From: an uncultured Oscillospiraceae bacterium
Lineage (GTDB): Bacteria; Bacillota; Clostridia; Oscillospirales; Oscillospiraceae
Assembly: GCA_964387095.1 (NCBI GenBank)
Contig: CAYLVH010000001.1
Coordinates: 1,103-65,102 of the forward strand
Direction of reading: 5' to 3'
Length of the DNA stretch: 64,000 nt
Part shown: in pieces, positions 17,785 through 26,690 of the stretch
Layout of the letters: each line of letters starts with the position of its first letter
Numbering within the stretch: the first letter of the stretch is position 1
Notes under the pieces: generated by a model
What the model was told of the DNA's origin: nothing
Databases searched by the model: none
What the model saw: only the letters and a program-made list of their open reading frames with translations
Translations under genes and position numbers: made by a program

Positions 17785-17808
17785 GTTACTGGAAAGTTCC
17801 TAAGTAAC
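17785..17808. promoter_or_regulatory. inverted repeat GTTACT-N12-AGTAAC (inner GGAA-AG-TTCC) in the HxlR / oxidoreductase divergent region
   Basis: Read directly from the sequence at 17785-17808, between the divergent starts at 17715 (-) and 17922 (+). It is a candidate HxlR operator. Confidence 0.35.
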
Positions 17809-17921
17809 GTTGAGGTGTTTTAGGCACCTTATTGTGCGTCCTTTACAAAAACACCAGGGTGTGGTAGGATAATTCCGTCGAAAAATGCCACAAAACCAGT
17901 GTAGTTTGGAGGTTCATTGCC

Positions 17922-19898
17922 ATGTCTTGTACAAAATATCCCCATATGTTCGCCCCCATGACCATCAAGGGCATCACCTTTAAAAACCGGGTCTTCGCGT
18001 CCCCCATCACCACCAACCGCATTGTGGATCACGGCTATCCCACCCCCGAGGGCATTGACGTTTACGAGATCAAGGCCCGGGGCGGCTTTGCGGAGGTGAC
18101 TGTCACCGAGTCCTTCATCGACCACGACCGGGCTTGGCGGCATGAGCATGGCCTGGACGTGTGGAGCAACCCCATGTCCACCTTCCACATGGAAAGCATC
18201 ATGACCCTCACAGAGGCCATCAAGGGCCACGGCGCTGTTGCCTCCATCCAACTGAACCACGTTGGCGCCATGAATCACCCTGACACCATTTCCTCCGGCC
18301 GGAATCCCATTGGCCCCTCCTCCTATGTCCGGGAGGACGGCGTCCAGGTGGAGGAGATGACCGTGGAATTGATGGAGGAAACTGCGGAGCGCTGGGCGGA
18401 ATCCGCCTGGAACTGCAAGGCCCTGGGGTTCCAGATGATAAACCTCCACGGGGCACATGGCTGGCTGCTGAACCAATTTATCTCCCCAAAGTTCAACCAC
18501 CGCACCGATGAGTATGGTGGCAGCATGGCCAATCGGGCCAAGTTCCCCATCATGGTGTGCAAAAAGATTCGGGAGGTTTGCGGGGAGGACTTCCTGATCG
18601 AATACCGCATGTCCGGCTCTGAGCGCATGGAGGGGGGCATGACCTTGGAGGACGGCATTGAGTTTGCCGAGATCATCCAGGATTATGTGGATCTGATCCA
18701 CGTTACCTCCGGCTCCTATCAGGATCACGTCAACACCAAGGCCTTCTCCTCCATGTTTGATAAGCACGGCTGCAACCTGGATTTGGCCGCAGCCATTAAG
18801 GCGCACGTCCACGTTCCTGTGGTGGCTGTGGGGGGCTTTAACGCCCCTGAGCAGATTGAGGAGGCCATCGCCTCCGGCAAATGCGACTTCGTGGCCATGG
18901 GCCGCCAGCAGTTTGCCGACCCCGATTTCGTCAACAAGACCCTGAAGGGCCTGGAGGATCAGATCGCCCCCTGTCTGCGCTGCTCCTGCTTCAATCCCCT
19001 GGCCTCCGACCCTGGGCAGCGTCCCATTCCCGCCCTGTGGCACTGCGCCGTCAATCCCTGGAGCCAACGGGAACTGCGCTGGCGCAACGCCCCCCAACCC
19101 AAGGGCAGCCGCAAGGTTCTGGTCATCGGCGGCGGCGTCTCCGGCATGTACGCGGCCATGACCGCCGCAGAGCGGGGCCACGAAGTCACCTTGGTGGAAA
19201 AGGAGAGCAAGCTGGGGGGACTGCTGTGGTTCACCGAGGTGGACACAGACAAGGAATCCCTCCTGCGCTTCCGGGATTCCCTGGTGGCCCGCTGCAAGTA
19301 CAACGGCGTCAAAATCCTGCTGAACACCCAGGCCACCAAGGAAATGATCCAATCCATGGCCCCTGACGCCGTTATCTGCGCCGTAGGCTCTCATCCCTTT
19401 GTGCCCCCCATCAAGGGGGTGGAGCTCGCCGCCCACGCCGTGGAGGCCTACAAGGACATCCAACAGCTGAAGGGCAAGAAGGTGGTCATCATTGGCGGGG
19501 GCGCAATCGGCTGTGAGTCCGGCTACTTCTTCGCCAGCCAGTGCGGCGCCAAGGTGCAGATTCTAGAGATGCGGGACGAGATGTGCAAGGACTCCTTCCC
19601 CTCCCAGCGGGCCGCCCTGCTGCCCCGGATGGAGAAGGCCGGCATGCTCCTTAACTGCTCCGTCACCACCCGGGAGATCACCCCAGAGGGCGTCAAATTC
19701 CTGGACAAGGACGGTTCCGAGCAATTCGCCCAGGCGGATCTGGTCTATTACTGCTGCGGCAACCGCTCCAATGACGAGATCGTCAAGAGCCTGGAGGGCG
19801 CGGCGCCCTGGTTCGTGGTCACCGGCGACGCCAAGCGGGCCAGGACCGTCAAGGAGGCCACTTACGAGGGCTTTGTCGCAGCCATGGACATTTTATAA
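17922..19898 (+). CDS. second OYE-type NADH:flavin oxidoreductase with FAD/NAD(P) domain (enoate / 2,4-dienoyl-CoA reductase-like)
   Basis: 658 aa with QLNHVGA, NLHGAHGWLLNQFISP, the Cys cluster CLRCSC, VIGGGVSGMYAA and IIGGGAIGCE. It is a paralogue of 772..2802. Confidence 0.85.
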   Translation: MSCTKYPHMFAPMTIKGITFKNRVFASPITTNRIVDHGYPTPEGIDVYEIKARGGFAEVTVTESFIDHDRAWRHEHGLDVWSNPMSTFHMESIMTLTEAIKGHGAVASIQLNHVGAMNHPDTISSGRNPIGPSSYVREDGVQVEEMTVELMEETAERWAESAWNCKALGFQMINLHGAHGWLLNQFISPKFNHRTDEYGGSMANRAKFPIMVCKKIREVCGEDFLIEYRMSGSERMEGGMTLEDGIEFAEIIQDYVDLIHVTSGSYQDHVNTKAFSSMFDKHGCNLDLAAAIKAHVHVPVVAVGGFNAPEQIEEAIASGKCDFVAMGRQQFADPDFVNKTLKGLEDQIAPCLRCSCFNPLASDPGQRPIPALWHCAVNPWSQRELRWRNAPQPKGSRKVLVIGGGVSGMYAAMTAAERGHEVTLVEKESKLGGLLWFTEVDTDKESLLRFRDSLVARCKYNGVKILLNTQATKEMIQSMAPDAVICAVGSHPFVPPIKGVELAAHAVEAYKDIQQLKGKKVVIIGGGAIGCESGYFFASQCGAKVQILEMRDEMCKDSFPSQRAALLPRMEKAGMLLNCSVTTREITPEGVKFLDKDGSEQFAQADLVYYCCGNRSNDEIVKSLEGAAPWFVVTGDAKRARTVKEATYEGFVAAMDIL

Positions 19899-19923
19899 GG
19901 CCATATTTCACATAAGTGCAGCC

Positions 19924-20370
19924 TTACTCCACACTCTGGGCATAGTCCAGATACTCCTGAAGTTCTTCCTTCAGGAAGAAGGTATATGTGCCGGAGGCGA
20001 TGACCTGACCCTGGTGGTCAGTCAGGACAGAATTGTAGACGGCGATGGTCTTGCCAGACTTGACCTTGCTGGTCTGGCACAGCACCTTGGTGGTGTTGAC
20101 CGCCGCCCGGATATAATTCATGGTGGAGTTCAGGGTCACGCAGGACCGTCCGCCGGTACAGGCGGCGATGCCTGCCACAGTATCCATCAGGGTACACAGG
20201 CAGCCCCCGTGGACAATCCCCCGGGGGTTCATACTGCTGGGCTGAACAGTCAACTCGCCCTCCGCGTAGTCCTCCCAACAACGGGTCACCCGGATGCCGT
20301 TCTTGGCAGAAAACAGCTGGGGCTGGTTGATTCGGGCCATCAGGGCCTCATAAAATGCAGGGTTCTTCAC
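19924..20370 (-). CDS. PaaI-family hotdog-fold thioesterase
   Basis: Only the C-terminal 148 aa of the 329-aa track ORF are plausible. The start is GTG 20370, 7 nt after AGGAGG. NPRGIVHGGCLCTLMDTVAG is the PaaI/4HBT-II motif. Confidence 0.75.
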   Translation of the reverse strand: MKNPAFYEALMARINQPQLFSAKNGIRVTRCWEDYAEGELTVQPSSMNPRGIVHGGCLCTLMDTVAGIAACTGGRSCVTLNSTMNYIRAAVNTTKVLCQTSKVKSGKTIAVYNSVLTDHQGQVIASGTYTFFLKEELQEYLDYAQSVE

Positions 20371-20505
20371 GGGATTTCCTCCTATAATATTTATTTGTTC
20401 GGCCCTGTCTCCTCTCAAATTAGATTGGCCGCACGCAAAAACCAGTTCTATTTTTATTTCCTCCCGCATATAATGGGCTAAGAAATTCTGCAAGGAGGAA
20501 CCAAT

Positions 20506-21027
20506 ATGGATTATCAACAGAGGCAGGGCACAGATTCCGCCAGCTTCGCCCGGATTTGGAACCGGGTCTCCACAGCCAACGGCGGGAGCCAGATCGAAGT
20601 GCAGAAGCCAGAGGCGCATTCGGAGAGCACCTCTCAGCGCCAAGATGACTTCATTCCCCAGCGAATTCGGGCCGAACTGGTGGATCATCACACCTGCGCC
20701 CGGCTGGTCAACAACAGTTTCAGCGGGCAAATGATGCGGGCCATCACTGAGGACGAGCTTTTCCAGGCCCGCCGGTTGTCCACCGCCAACGTTCTTATCA
20801 CTGGGAAGTGGTTTTTCCCCATCCGGGAGGCCACTCCCCTGTCCTTCCGCAACTGGCATGACGGAATGCGCACCGCGTTTCTCCGGGCCCGCAAAGCGGC
20901 GGAGGAATACCATTGTGCCGCGGAAAAATCAGACGACCCCAGCCCTCAGGAGCTGTTCAACCACCTGGCGGAGGATGAAAACCTCCACGCCCTGCGCATC
21001 CGAACCGCCCTGGAACACTGGGGCTAA
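20506..21027 (+). CDS. hypothetical protein (173 aa)
   Basis: There is a strong RBS (AAGGAGGAA, 6 nt before the ATG) and genome-typical codon usage. I do not recognise a domain. Confidence 0.55.
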   Translation: MDYQQRQGTDSASFARIWNRVSTANGGSQIEVQKPEAHSESTSQRQDDFIPQRIRAELVDHHTCARLVNNSFSGQMMRAITEDELFQARRLSTANVLITGKWFFPIREATPLSFRNWHDGMRTAFLRARKAAEEYHCAAEKSDDPSPQELFNHLAEDENLHALRIRTALEHWG

Positions 21028-21028
21028 G

Positions 21029-21613
21029 TCAGGAAGGCCGGAGCTTGCTGTCTTCTCGCTCACCAGCCTGGGGGAACGCCCTTCGCAGCATGGCAAGCTC
21101 CTCCGGAAAGATGCAATAGTTTGAATCCCCGGCGGTGACCTCAGCCAGGCAGGTCTCATAGTCCATCCAGCGAACGGACTCCACCTCAGACTCCTGGAGG
21201 GTCATTTCCTCCGGCTCCACGTCCCGCAGCATATCATAGACACGGCTCACCTGATTGTCATGGAAGGATTTCCCATGGAATACCTGCGCCACCTGAAAGC
21301 GGCGAACGCCGCATAAAATCAAATCCTGGGGCCGGGCCGTCAGGCCCAGCTCCACCTTTAGCTCCCGAAGGGCCGAGGGCTCCCAATCCACGCCGGCGGG
21401 AATATGCCCAGCAGAGGAGATATCATAGCAGCCAGGATAGCCGTCCTTGTTTCGGCTGCGCTTTTGCAGCAGCACCTGAACCCGCCCCTCCCCCTGGCGC
21501 AAAAGCCAGACATAGCAGGTCAGGTGGCGCAGCCCCCGGGCATGGGCCACCGTGCGCTCTGCGGTTTCCCCGGTGGGGTTGCCGTTCTCATCCACGATAT
21601 CTAAATATTCCAT
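21029..21613 (-). CDS. NUDIX hydrolase
   Basis: It has an intact Nudix box, GHIPAGVDWEPSALRELKVELGL, and the N-terminus MEYLDIVDENGNPTG is typical of Nudix/IDI-like proteins. Confidence 0.8.
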   Translation of the reverse strand: MEYLDIVDENGNPTGETAERTVAHARGLRHLTCYVWLLRQGEGRVQVLLQKRSRNKDGYPGCYDISSAGHIPAGVDWEPSALRELKVELGLTARPQDLILCGVRRFQVAQVFHGKSFHDNQVSRVYDMLRDVEPEEMTLQESEVESVRWMDYETCLAEVTAGDSNYCIFPEELAMLRRAFPQAGEREDSKLRPS

Positions 21614-21697
21614 ACCCGTTCACCTCTGGCACTGACTCACTGTCATTTTACCATCTCCCCACCCTGTTTTCAAGAAACAGAACCCCTTTGCGCCGCA

Positions 21698-21726
21698 TTT
21701 ACAAAACCCGCTTTTTGTCGTACAAT
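21698..21726 (+). promoter_or_regulatory. promoter TTTACA-17-TACAAT
   Basis: TTTACA at 21698-21703 and TACAAT at 21721-21726, upstream of ORF 21762. Confidence 0.55.
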
Positions 21727-21761
21727 GGGGGAAAGACATGCTCTTACAGGAGGACACTGCC

Positions 21762-22052
21762 ATGATTCAAGAGCCAGTGGGGGATTTTTTCACCCAGGAT
21801 GAGCTGATTGCAATTTACCAAAAGGCGGGCAGCGCCCAGGAGACCGCCCTCCAAGCCGCCGCCCGGGAGCTTTTTCCAGAACGCATGGCGGCCCCTGAGC
21901 CGCCCATGCTTCTGGTGGAGGAGGGTCCCCATGGCCGCAGCTTCTGCCGGACGCCGGACCGTCAGGTGGCCGAAGCCCCCAAGTACACCATCAAGAGCGG
22001 CCGCTGCAACTGGGTGGCTATTATGGAGGACGGGGAAGCGCTGAAGTATTGA
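21762..22052 (+). CDS. hypothetical protein (96 aa)
   Basis: ORF track 21738..22052; ATG 21762 follows AGGAGG. No domain recognised. Confidence 0.5.
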   Translation: MIQEPVGDFFTQDELIAIYQKAGSAQETALQAAARELFPERMAAPEPPMLLVEEGPHGRSFCRTPDRQVAEAPKYTIKSGRCNWVAIMEDGEALKY

Positions 22053-22053
22053 C

Positions 22054-22080
22054 GAGCTTGTCGACCAAGTCGACAAGCTC
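22054..22080. terminator. perfect 27-nt palindrome (12-bp stem, 3-nt loop) between convergent genes
   Basis: GAGCTTGTCGAC-CAA-GTCGACAAGCTC starts 2 nt after the stop of 21762..22052. There is no U-tract on either side. Confidence 0.5.
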
Positions 22081-22142
22081 TGAAAATGCAAGCATTTTCT
22101 CGAATTTGTGGCGCCCTGCGAACGCAGGGTGCTTAGCTTGTC

Positions 22143-23162
22143 TTATTTCAACGTCATTTTCACCGTCAAGGCGTTTCCATCCGCCTCCACGGCCGCATAG
22201 CTGCCGCAGATCAGGGGCATGGAAGGGGGAAGATGCCCCAAATCCGCATCCAGAACAATGGGCACCTGATATTTCCCCAGGTTCTCCATCACCGCCCGGT
22301 ACTGATCCAATCCATTATCCACCTGGCCGTTACACAGGGGCCGTCCAATCACGAAGCCCTTGACATACTTAAACCACCCGGCATGCTCCAGCTGCCACAG
22401 GGCGCGGCAAATGCTCCAAACACCCAGGTCGCAACTCTCCAGGAACCAGACGATCCCGTCCTCCCGGTACTTCTCCACAAACTGCGGCACCTGGTCAAAG
22501 CTGGTGCCCACCAGGTTCGCCAACACATCCAGGCACCCGCCAATCAGCCTGCCGGAAAACTCCAGCTTTTCCTCCGGAATCAGCTTCAGGCTCAGCGGCT
22601 CTGTGATCAGGTAGGGGTCTCCCGGCGCCGCGCCCTCTATGAACATGGACTTCTGATAGCCGGAATAGCCGGAGACCCGGGCGGTCTTTCCCGTCAGAAT
22701 GTCATAGGCGTCCTGGATGGCGGGATGCCAGGGCTCCATACCAAAGGAGGAGGCGCAGGGGCCGTAAACCGAGGCCACGTCACAGAGGGTGGTCAACAGG
22801 AAGGAGAAGTTCGTATTATCGGACAGGCCCATAAACCACTTGGGTTTGGCCGCCCGGACGCGGTCAAAGTCCACATAGTCCAAATCCCGGCACATCAGTT
22901 CGCCCCCGCCGCAGGAGATGAGAACATCGCTGTCCTCTGAACAGTAGCATTCCGTCAGCTCCCGGCCGCAGGCTTCCGGGGTGGCGCTGATACCCAGGCC
23001 GCAGCCGGAGCGGCAGTTGGGGCCTTCGGTCAATCCATGGCCCAGGGCGGCCAGCTTTTGCTCCGCCAGGTTGAAGCTATCACCAAAGGGACCAGCGCAG
23101 CCAAAGGAAGGGGCCACAAAGCCAATGGTCCCATTTGGCTTTAAAAAGTCAGGATACCGCAT
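22143..23162 (-). CDS. S66-family LD-carboxypeptidase (LdcA/MccF-like)
   Basis: 339 aa with MRYPDFLKPNGTIGFVAPSFG and the nucleophile motif GLSDNT. The length and C-terminal His/Glu region fit peptidase S66. Confidence 0.8.
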   Translation of the reverse strand: MRYPDFLKPNGTIGFVAPSFGCAGPFGDSFNLAEQKLAALGHGLTEGPNCRSGCGLGISATPEACGRELTECYCSEDSDVLISCGGGELMCRDLDYVDFDRVRAAKPKWFMGLSDNTNFSFLLTTLCDVASVYGPCASSFGMEPWHPAIQDAYDILTGKTARVSGYSGYQKSMFIEGAAPGDPYLITEPLSLKLIPEEKLEFSGRLIGGCLDVLANLVGTSFDQVPQFVEKYREDGIVWFLESCDLGVWSICRALWQLEHAGWFKYVKGFVIGRPLCNGQVDNGLDQYRAVMENLGKYQVPIVLDADLGHLPPSMPLICGSYAAVEADGNALTVKMTLK

Positions 23163-23276
23163 AAAACTGCTCCTTTCTTCCCAACTATCACCTTATTTTC
23201 CATTTGAATATCATTCCCTATTTATGATACTATCTTCCCCAGTAGATTTCAAGAATCACTCCACAACATGCAAAAT

Positions 23277-23302
23277 CCCGCCGCAGAGAACTCTGCGGCG
23301 GG
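23277..23302 (-). terminator. rny terminator
   Basis: 12-bp stem CCCGCCGCAGAG / CTCTGCGGCGGG, followed on the minus strand by ATTTTG, 18 nt after the rny stop. Confidence 0.75.
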
Positions 23303-23320
23303 ATCTGATTTTTATGGGGA

Positions 23321-24877
23321 TTACTTTGCGTACTCGACTGCCTTCGTCTCCCGCAGCACGTTGACTTTGATCTGGCCGGGGTATTCCAGTTCATCCTCAA
23401 TGCGCTTTGCGATATCACGGGCCAGAAGCACCATCTGGTCCTCGCTGATCTCCTCGGGCTTGACCATAACGCGGATCTCACGGCCGGCCTGAATGGCATA
23501 GGCCTTCTCAACGCCCTTGAAGGAGGAGGAAATTTCCTCCAGACGCTCCAGGCGCTTGATATAGTTCTCCACATTCTCACGGCGGGCGCCGGGACGGGCA
23601 GCAGAAATGGCGTCGGCGGCCTGAACCAAACAGGCAACCACGGTCTGCGGCTCGATATCGTTGTGGTGCGCGGCGATGGCGTGAACCACCTCGTCGCTCT
23701 CCTTGTACTTCTTGGCCAGCTCCACGCCAATTTGGACGTGAGAGCCTTCCACCTCGTGGTCAACAGCCTTGCCCAGGTCATGCAGCAGGCCCGCGCGCTT
23801 GGCTACGGCCACATTGGCTCCGATCTCGGCGGCCAGCAGTCCAGCAATATGGGCCACTTCCATGGAGTGATTCAGGACATTCTGGCCATAGCTGGTGCGG
23901 TAATGCTGGCGGCCCAGCAGCTTGATCAGCTCAGGATGCAGGCCCCTGACATTGGTTTCCAGAACAGCGCGTTCGCCTTCGGCCTTAATGATGGCCTCCA
24001 CCTCCCGCTTGGCCTTCTCCACCATCTCCTCGATACGGGCAGGATGGATGCGGCCATCGTTAATCAGACGTTCCAGGGCAATCCGGGTGATCTCCCGGCG
24101 AACTGGGTCAAAGCAGGAAACCGTAATGGCCTCCGGCGTATCGTCGATAATCAGTTCTGCGCCAGTCAGAGTTTCCAGGGTGCGGATATTTCGGCCCTCA
24201 CGGCCAATGATCCGGCCCTTCATCTCATCATTGGGCAGGGGAACTACAGAAACGGTAACTTCAGCGACATGATCTGCAGCACAGCGCTGGATTGCCAGGG
24301 CAATCAGCTCTCTTGCGCGGGTATCGGCCTCCTCCTTGAACTTTGCCTCGATCTCCTTGATCTTCATGGCAGACTCATGGGTGACCTCAGACTCCAGCTG
24401 CGCAATCAAATAGGCCTTGGCCTCCTCGCTGGAATAGCCGGAAATGCGCTCCAGAACCTCCACCTGGCTGTGCTTCAGCCGGGCGATCTCCTGACGCTCT
24501 GCCTCGGCGGCCGCCAGCTTGCTTGCCAACTGCGAGTCCTTTCTCTCGATGGCATCCGTCTTGCGGTCCAGATTTTCCTCCTTCTGCTGCAAGCGGCGTT
24601 CCTGCTTGCTCAGCTCGCTGCGGCGCTCCTTGATCTCGCGCTCGCTCTCGCTGCGGACTCTCTGGATCTCTTCCTTTGCCTCAACCATTGCCTCGCGCTT
24701 TTTCGCTTCGGCACTCTTGATTGCATCGTTGAGAATATGGGTGGCCTGTTCCTCGGCAGAGCCAATCTCGTTGGCATCCGCCTTCCTACGGCGGTTGTCA
24801 CCCACCACGAAACCGATGACCAGCATAATCAGGCCTACAATCACGCCAGTGAAAATATAACCTAACACATGCGGCAT
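23321..24877 (-). CDS. rny: ribonuclease Y
   Basis: 518 aa with an N-terminal TM helix, a long coiled coil, a KH domain ([12 protein letters not shown]) and an HD domain ([13 protein letters not shown]...LLHDLGK). Confidence 0.93.
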   Translation of the reverse strand: MPHVLGYIFTGVIVGLIMLVIGFVVGDNRRRKADANEIGSAEEQATHILNDAIKSAEAKKREAMVEAKEEIQRVRSESEREIKERRSELSKQERRLQQKEENLDRKTDAIERKDSQLASKLAAAEAERQEIARLKHSQVEVLERISGYSSEEAKAYLIAQLESEVTHESAMKIKEIEAKFKEEADTRARELIALAIQRCAADHVAEVTVSVVPLPNDEMKGRIIGREGRNIRTLETLTGAELIIDDTPEAITVSCFDPVRREITRIALERLINDGRIHPARIEEMVEKAKREVEAIIKAEGERAVLETNVRGLHPELIKLLGRQHYRTSYGQNVLNHSMEVAHIAGLLAAEIGANVAVAKRAGLLHDLGKAVDHEVEGSHVQIGVELAKKYKESDEVVHAIAAHHNDIEPQTVVACLVQAADAISAARPGARRENVENYIKRLERLEEISSSFKGVEKAYAIQAGREIRVMVKPEEISEDQMVLLARDIAKRIEDELEYPGQIKVNVLRETKAVEYAK

Positions 24878-25001
24878 TTTTTGAATGATACACCTCCTAT
24901 ACTCAAAATTTTATTGATATTGATAAGGTATCTACGGATACAAAGCGCAGATACTGAAATTGAAAAACGTCCCCTATTGTTCTTCAAATCAATCCTTTTC
25001 T

Positions 25002-25030
25002 ATTTTAATGTCCTAGCCTTCAACTGTCAA
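25002..25030 (-). promoter_or_regulatory. promoter TTGACA-17-TAAAAT for rny
   Basis: On the minus strand TTGACA is at 25030-25025 and TAAAAT at 25007-25002, implying a ~120-nt AT-rich 5' UTR. Confidence 0.55.
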
Positions 25031-25199
25031 GAAAATTTGTATGCGATAGTCCTTTTTCCCTCCTGGGATGGCTCTGATCCCCGCCACTTGTGAGATTTCC
25101 CATGATTTTCTTCTTTTTGTGGTTGAATTTTTTGGCACGATTGTATAAACTGTGATTGTACCTATCCACCCTGCGTTCTTAAACTGGAGGGCTAATGCC

Positions 25200-25424
25200 A
25201 TGAACGAAAAACTGACATCCCTGATGCTGAAACTGATTGCCGCAGCTGCTGCCCTGGCCGCCTGCATCTGCGCGGTCGCCTATTACTGGGATGCAATTGT
25301 CAAATGCTACGAAACCAGCCGCAAGATATACTGCCACGAGCGTATGGTGCGGGGGCACCGCTTCGGAAAGTCCAGCGAGTATAATGATTATGCTGATATG
25401 GACCTGGATGACGGCATTATGTAA
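25200..25424 (+). CDS. small membrane protein (74 aa), hypothetical
   Basis: ORF track 25152..25424; ATG 25200 follows GGAGGG. It has one hydrophobic helix (LMLKLIAAAAALAACICAVAYYW). Confidence 0.5.
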   Translation: MNEKLTSLMLKLIAAAAALAACICAVAYYWDAIVKCYETSRKIYCHERMVRGHRFGKSSEYNDYADMDLDDGIM

Positions 25425-25495
25425 TTTTGCCCCGCGCAACGGAATCCCGCTCTGAATGCCAGCGGGGATCCCTTTACAAAAGGAGGTATTCCTCT

Positions 25496-26622
25496 ATGGA
25501 AAAATCCAAGGTTTATTATACGGACTTCCGGGCCACCAACGGCACGCCTATGCCCCAGAAGCTGCAAAAGCTGATCCGCCGGGCGGGCATCGGCCAGATC
25601 GACTTTGACGGAAAGTTCGTAGCCATTAAAATCCACTTCGGTGAACTGGGCAATGTCGCCTATCTCCGCCCCAACTACGCCAAGGCCGTAGTTGACGTGG
25701 TAAAGGAACTGGGGGCAAGCCCTTCCTGACCGACTGCAACACCCTATATCCCGGCTCCCGGAAGAATGCCCTGGAGCACCTGGACTGCGCTTACATCAAC
25801 GGCTTCTCCCCCTTCTCCACCGGCTGCCACGTTATCATCGCAGACGGCTTAAAAGGCACGGATGAAGTCCTGGTACCCGTTCCCAATGGAGAATTCATCC
25901 GGGAGGCTAAAATCGGCCACGCCATTATGGACGCCGACATCTTCATCAGCCTAAACCACTTTAAAGGGCACGAGTGTACCGGTTTCGGCGGCGCCATTAA
26001 AAATATCGGCATGGGCTGCGGCAGCCGGGCCGGCAAGATGGAGCAGCACAACTCCGGCAAACCGGAGGTCAATCAAGAGAAGTGCCGGGGCTGCAAGCTC
26101 TGTCAGCGGGAGTGCGCCCAGGGCGCCATCTCCTATGACGAGAACCGCAAGGCCTCCATTGACTGGGCCAAGTGCGTGGGCTGCGGCCGCTGCATTGGCG
26201 GCTGTAATTTCGACGCCATCCACAACGTGAACGCCAGCGCAAACGCCGACCTGAACCGCAAGATGGCTGAGTATGCCCTGGCAGTCACCCATGGCCGCCC
26301 CTGCTTCCACATCAACCTGGTGCAGGATATTTCCCCCAATTGCGACTGTCACTCCGAGAACGATGCACCCATTCTGCCCGATATCGGCATGTTTGCCTCC
26401 TTTGATCCCGTGGCCCTGGATCAGGCCTGCGCCGACGCCTGCATCAAAGCCAAGCCTCTGCCCAATTCTCAGCTGATGGACGCCCTTTTGCGGGAATCTT
26501 TCCAGGATGAAGGCGACAACTTTGTCAACACCACCCCTGGCACCACCTGGAAGGAACAGCTGGAACACGCTGAAAAGATCGGCATGGGTTCCAGGGAGTA
26601 TGAACTGATCTTTATAAAATAA
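25496..26622 (+). pseudogene. DUF362 protein with 4Fe-4S ferredoxin insert, frameshifted at a G5 run
   Basis: MEKSKVYYTDF...VVKELG (frame of 25496) continues as GKPFLTDCNTLYPGSRKNALEH...FKGHECTGFGGAIKNIGMGC in the 25927 frame. The break is at GGGGG 25711-25715. Two CxxCxxCxxxC motifs follow. Confidence 0.8.
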
Positions 26623-26634
26623 GCTATAAGCTCA

Positions 26635-26668
26635 GCCCCAGAAATTTTGCGATTTCCGGGGCCTTTTT
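26635..26668 (+). terminator. terminator after the DUF362 gene
   Basis: GCCCCAGAAAT / ATTTCCGGGGC stem followed by CTTTTT. Confidence 0.8.
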
Positions 26669-26690
26669 CTGCCTTATTTTGCCGCTTGCA

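Noticed and set aside
17829-19463. 544-aa minus-strand ORF opposite the second OYE-type reductase
   Set aside because: It is a shadow frame of a well-supported gene with no start context and a repetitive G/H/L/A composition.
20371-20913. N-terminal 181 codons of the 329-aa track ORF 19924..20913
   Set aside because: The PaaI thioesterase domain starts at GVKNPAFYEAL, with an AGGAGG-GTG start at 20370. The upstream extension runs antisense through the well-supported plus-strand ORF 20506..21027 and its promoter region.
21025-21031. Convergent genes 20506..21027 and 21029..21613 with stops one nucleotide apart and no terminator
   Set aside because: I noted it as a curiosity. Both ORFs are otherwise well supported, and tight convergent packing is not rare, so I did not raise it to a finding.
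23663-24865. 400-aa plus-strand ORF opposite rny
   Set aside because: It is an antisense shadow of RNase Y, with a Leu/Gln/Ala-rich composition that mirrors the coiled coil on the other strand.
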